DNA of 11,787 nt from Azolla caroliniana (Eukaryota; Plantae; Polypodiophyta), in assembly GCA_043228905.1 (NCBI GenBank), contig JBHGNT010001129.1, positions 1 to 11,787 on the forward strand, written 5' to 3'. The position numbers were made by a program, and so were the translations under genes. Shown here one piece after another: positions 8,114 through 11,787 of this stretch. Below the pieces are notes generated by a model. The model worked only from the letters and a program-made list of their open reading frames with translations, made no database searches and was not told the origin of the DNA. The first letter of the stretch is position 1. Each line of letters starts with the position of its first letter.

Positions 8114-11085
8114 CTATTCATCGTCCAAAATATCCAGAATGCTTTGTTCGAGAGTCTCCAATGGTTCATCTGGAATTGGTTGTTGTTGTTGTTGTTGTTG
8201 TTGCTCTGTTGACGTCTGCTGCGATGGGTCCGTTGATGGCTGCTGCGGCTGCTCCTCCGTTTGTTGCTCTGACACCGGCGTCTCCGTCGTTGCTCCCTTC
8301 GTTGTAGTGGTCTCCGGTTGACTAGTTCCGGGCTGGCCCTCAATCGGCGACGGTTCCTCATCACTAAGGTTAACCGTTGCCGCTTCCCTTGCTTTTTCTT
8401 CCCGAACCCGGGGACCGCTCGTACCTTTCAAACTGGATTTGAGCTACGAGCTGCCTGACCTGCGCCAGTTGTTCATCCGCCAGGACTTGGAAGTCGTCGG
8501 CCAACTCGTCCCGTACGGCGGTGAAGTCCTCCGAAGTCAACGTATAACAATCATCTCCTTCCTTCCGCCGGTTTGCCACATCTGCCCGTAGCAATTGGAG
8601 TTCCACCGAGTTTTGTGCCCACTTTGTCCACCATCTTACGGAGCTTTCATCAATCAAGTGTTTTGTCTGATTCAGCCATGCCCGGACGATGGACTGAATC
8701 TGGCCCGTTCCCAATTGCGATTTGGTTTCCGCTGCTTGTCGTTCCTCCTTCAGTTGCTTGATGATTTTGACGTTGTCTTCCGCCTGCGCCTTGTAATGCG
8801 TCAATTGCCTTTGATATGTGCTTTGTAATTTCTGCAATACTGTTGACGCTCTCTCTTTTTCTTCCTGCTGCTGCCTCTGGAGCTCCATCCGGACCTTCTC
8901 CGCCTCGTCCAAGCGTCTTGTATTTTCCGCACGTTCGTCGGCGATCGCCGTCGCGGCCCGATCAACTTCTTGCTGGAGCTCGGCCATCCGTTCCTTATGC
9001 TCCGTTTCCAGCCGTTTGGAGTCCCGGTGCAGGTGCTCAAAATCATCTGTCTTTTGCTTGAGCCGTGCGTTGATCTGTCGACGGGCCCGGTCCTCGCGGT
9101 CCTTCTGCTGGCGGAGCTCTTCCTTTAGCCGTTCAATTTCCGTTTCCGCCGTCTTCCGCAGCTTGTCCTTTTCCTACAGCACTTTGTCTTTTTCCTCCTT
9201 TAGCCGGTCGTACGCTTGATGGCCTTTCCGGAGGCTCTCCTCTGCCCGACAGAGGTTCTCAGTAGTCTTCTTTAATTCGGCTTCGGCCGCTGTCTTCAAT
9301 TCCCGTTCACGGCTCCTTAGCGCTTCTTGTGCGGCAAGTTCATCTCTCAATTCCGCAAGCTCCTAGGCTTGCACCGCATCTCTCGCCGGAACGGTTTCCG
9401 TTGTCGGGGTCTTATTGGTATGTACAGGTCGATCCGTTTCTTTATTCTATACACTTACCGGTGATTGGATCTGTGTTGCCGTTAAGGCCATTTTGGCCAT
9501 CTCTGTCGTTACCTGATCCAAGTCTTTTTCAAGGCACCAGATTCTGGACCGGGCCGTCTCTAGTTGTTCGGTTGTGACGAGCAACAGTTCGCTTTGCGCT
9601 CTTTCTTCTGCCTCAATATACCCACTGCTCCGGCTATCTGTTCGCCTATCCACCGGAGCCACAGGCTACCAGTGCCTTGTTGTGCTTGCACGGAGGTTTG
9701 ACAGATGGGCTCACTTGTAGATGGGTGGTCCCGCCTAGTTGCGCCGAGTTGCAGTTCCGTTTCTGCCCGTGGACCACCCTGCTGTCCTGGTTCCCCTTGC
9801 GCTTCATCTTGGCTGGCCGAGGGAGGCTGCATTGACCTTTTCGGCTCTGGCGGGATGGGACTTGCCGGTGTTGCCGATGGTGCCGGGGCTTCTAATTCTG
9901 GTGCCATGCACACCGGTTCCGGTTCCTTCCTTGGCGTGGGAGTCTCGGTATGGGGAGCCGAGCCGGTGTTCCCTCCGTCTGAGGGTCCGAACGTTTCCCG
10001 ACTGCCTCAACGGTCCTTGCCGACGACCGTCGCTAGAGGTGCTCCGTAGGCTCCTCCTCTATTTCCTCTTCCTGAGTCCCGGCATTGAGTTTTGCCGCCA
10101 AGGGGTCCGCTTCTCTATTCACCGATCGACGGAGTGTAACCTTTACGGGCCGTGCCGGTGGTTCCTCCTGCGCATCCGTTGGCCGCTTCCGGCTGCCGCT
10201 CTCCTTTCCCGCCTGTTCTACATCCGCCGCCTTTCCCTTAGTGGCCTTAGAGGTCAACAACTGTTGTCGTTTGGAAGCCGTCTTTGGGGTGCCATCCGCC
10301 ACTCTTCCTCGCTTCTTGGGCTGGACGGGTGGCACAAGCAAGGTGAGCCACTGCGTTACGGCGTGCCATATCCTCCGTCCGTCTCGGGCTTCTTTGCCGT
10401 CTTTGCCTCTGACGATCTCGATCGCCGCACACAACCCGTCTGCGATCAATACCGGCCAATCCACCTTGATCCCTTCATAGGTGGCGATGATCATCCCTGC
10501 CCGGTTCTGCGGCATGACAGGGGGTCTAGGGTACACATGGTCATATTCGTGGAGCACACGAGCAATCTCGCGGAACAGCATATCTCCGCCGCCCTGTGTC
10601 TGGTAGCCCTTGCTGGCGAGAGAGTACTCACCAAAATACCTGATGAGCTGCTCTGGGGTTGGGTTGTCAATCGTGAGTATGCCTCCCTCCGATAGGCCTA
10701 TTAACGCTCGAATCGCCTCTGTCGTTATGACCTCTGTGTCGATTTCTTTGATCACTTTGTCGGCTTCTTTGTGTGGCGGCACTTCCATCATCATCAAGAA
10801 GCCCTCGAGCCCGTGTTGCTTTAGCCATGTCTTGGCGGCTTCCGACAGCGTTTGCGGGTCCATGTCTGTGTCGAGGTCGGATTGCAGTGGCGAGGTTGGA
10901 TGGTGATGAGAGTGAGATTGAGAGAGAGCGAGTTCAGAAGGCGGGGGTTCTCTGTGCGTAGGTTCTCGTCTGATGATCTTGCAGCGTCTTGGTGCTTCTG
11001 TGCTCCTAGGTTCGCGAAAGTAAAGGGTCTCTACGCGCAGTGGTTTTTGTCTGTGCATTCTGGCACCTTTTTCGAGTGTGTGCAT
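8114..11085 (-). pseudogene. Decayed extra (env-position) ORF of the gypsy element: globular N-terminal domain, P/A/E/K-rich linker, long coiled coil, Q/T/E-rich tail
   Basis: Consecutive minus-strand segments 10033-11085, 9560-9913, 8370-9662 (one frame, stops near 9447, 9363, 9174) and 8114-8431; WLKQHGLEGFL..KVDWPVLIADGL resembles plant retrotransposon accessory domains; true start may be MDPQ near 10863. Confidence 0.72.
8180..8203. repeat. (TTG)8 microsatellite encoding poly-Gln on the minus strand
   Basis: Read directly; TEQQQQQQQQPI in ORF 8114-8431. Confidence 0.9.
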
Positions 11086-11194
11086 GTCGTGTACTAAAAT
11101 AGCATTATTTCCTGTGGTGGCGCTTTAAATGCCCACTACGTACCTTTTTGCTCCTCGCTCTTTCATCCATTCATTCCACGCTTTTGCATGATTG

Positions 11195-11195
<1 letters not shown>

Positions 11196-11249
<54 letters not shown>
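11196..11249. repeat. (TTA)18 microsatellite
   Basis: Read directly; lies just past the pol stop. Confidence 0.97.
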
Positions 11250-11257
11250 GTGTGACG

Positions 11258-11787
11258 TTACTTGTCTGCTGGTCCTCTCAGACCCTTACCGGCCTCATTC
11301 TCCCCAGTTACCGGCTCGCCGTCTCTGCCGTCTTGGTGGTTGTCGTTTCCCGCACTAGTGTCGGTCCTTTGCTCAAATGGGTTCTTAGGCATCGGTCCTC
11401 TATATGGCTTCAATCGGAATCCGTTGACCCATTTGCCTAGCACTTCGCCGGCAAGTGTCCCTAACTAGTAGGACCCATTATACTCCTGTGTTAGCCAATA
11501 CAGTCCGGTCCATCTAAACCGTAGTTTACCCGGCATCTTGCCCATCCGGATCTGAAATACTAACACCGGTTTGCCGATTGCGAACATTTTTTCGTTTCCT
11601 TTCCTGTGCCGGTCGACAAATGCTTTCCGTCGCCGTTGCTCCAATTCTAAGTGCAGTATGTTGGCCAGTCGTTGTTCCTCGAGTTCACACAGCGCTGTCA
11701 ACCGTATTGCCTCCGACTCCTTCTCGTTTAGTCGTTCCCGTAGCTGGATCTGTAAGCTGGGTACTTGGAATTCCACTGGCATTACCG
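11258..11787 (-). pseudogene. pol: Ty3/gypsy integrase C-terminus (GPY/F-type region, no chromodomain)
   Basis: MPVEFQVPSL..GKPVLVF..GKLRFRWTGLYW..GSY*LGTLAGEVLGKWVNGFRLKPY in one frame with one TAG at 11465-11467. Confidence 0.9.

Larger units (their letters stand above)
7691..11787 (-). mobile_element. 3' portion of a non-chromovirus Ty3/gypsy element: integrase tail, extra ORF, LTR; continues beyond the window
   Basis: Collinear order on the minus strand: integrase C-terminus, short spacer, long extra ORF, LTR 54 bp after the last stop. Confidence 0.75.

Noticed and set aside
9739-10695. 318-aa plus-strand ORF
   Set aside because: Antisense shadow of the GC-rich accessory ORF; no recognisable motifs and a non-ATG start
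11192-11440. ORF with poly-Ile, signal-peptide-like stretch
   Set aside because: Translation of the (TTA)18 microsatellite, antisense to the integrase tail

Overview
Gene-free plant (probably fern or other non-seed plant; inferred from the element types) region made almost entirely of nested, mostly decayed LTR retrotransposons. Left to right: intact 3' end of a Tnt1/Tork-like Ty1/copia element (RT-RNase H, PPT, 3' LTR 1195-1823) inserted into the gag of a minus-strand Ty3/gypsy relic, whose PBS is complementary to its own predicted transcript start (Tf1-type self-priming); a decayed minus-strand copia gag-protease-integrase fragment; a minus-strand gypsy RNase H fragment joined head-to-head to a plus-strand gypsy gag; a solo copia LTR (6670-7452, TSD TTATC) with a 54-bp array; and the 3' part of a minus-strand non-chromovirus gypsy element (integrase tail, long extra ORF, LTR 7691-8059). 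Two signals stand out. (1) A 240-bp spacerless palindrome (5291-5530) built from two copies of one LTR end, with TG..CA termini and a perfect 5-bp TSD. (2) A tRNA-3'-end-like sequence, instead of a polypurine tract, next to that same LTR end in the parent family. Together they suggest unusual priming and integration of fold-back reverse-transcription products.
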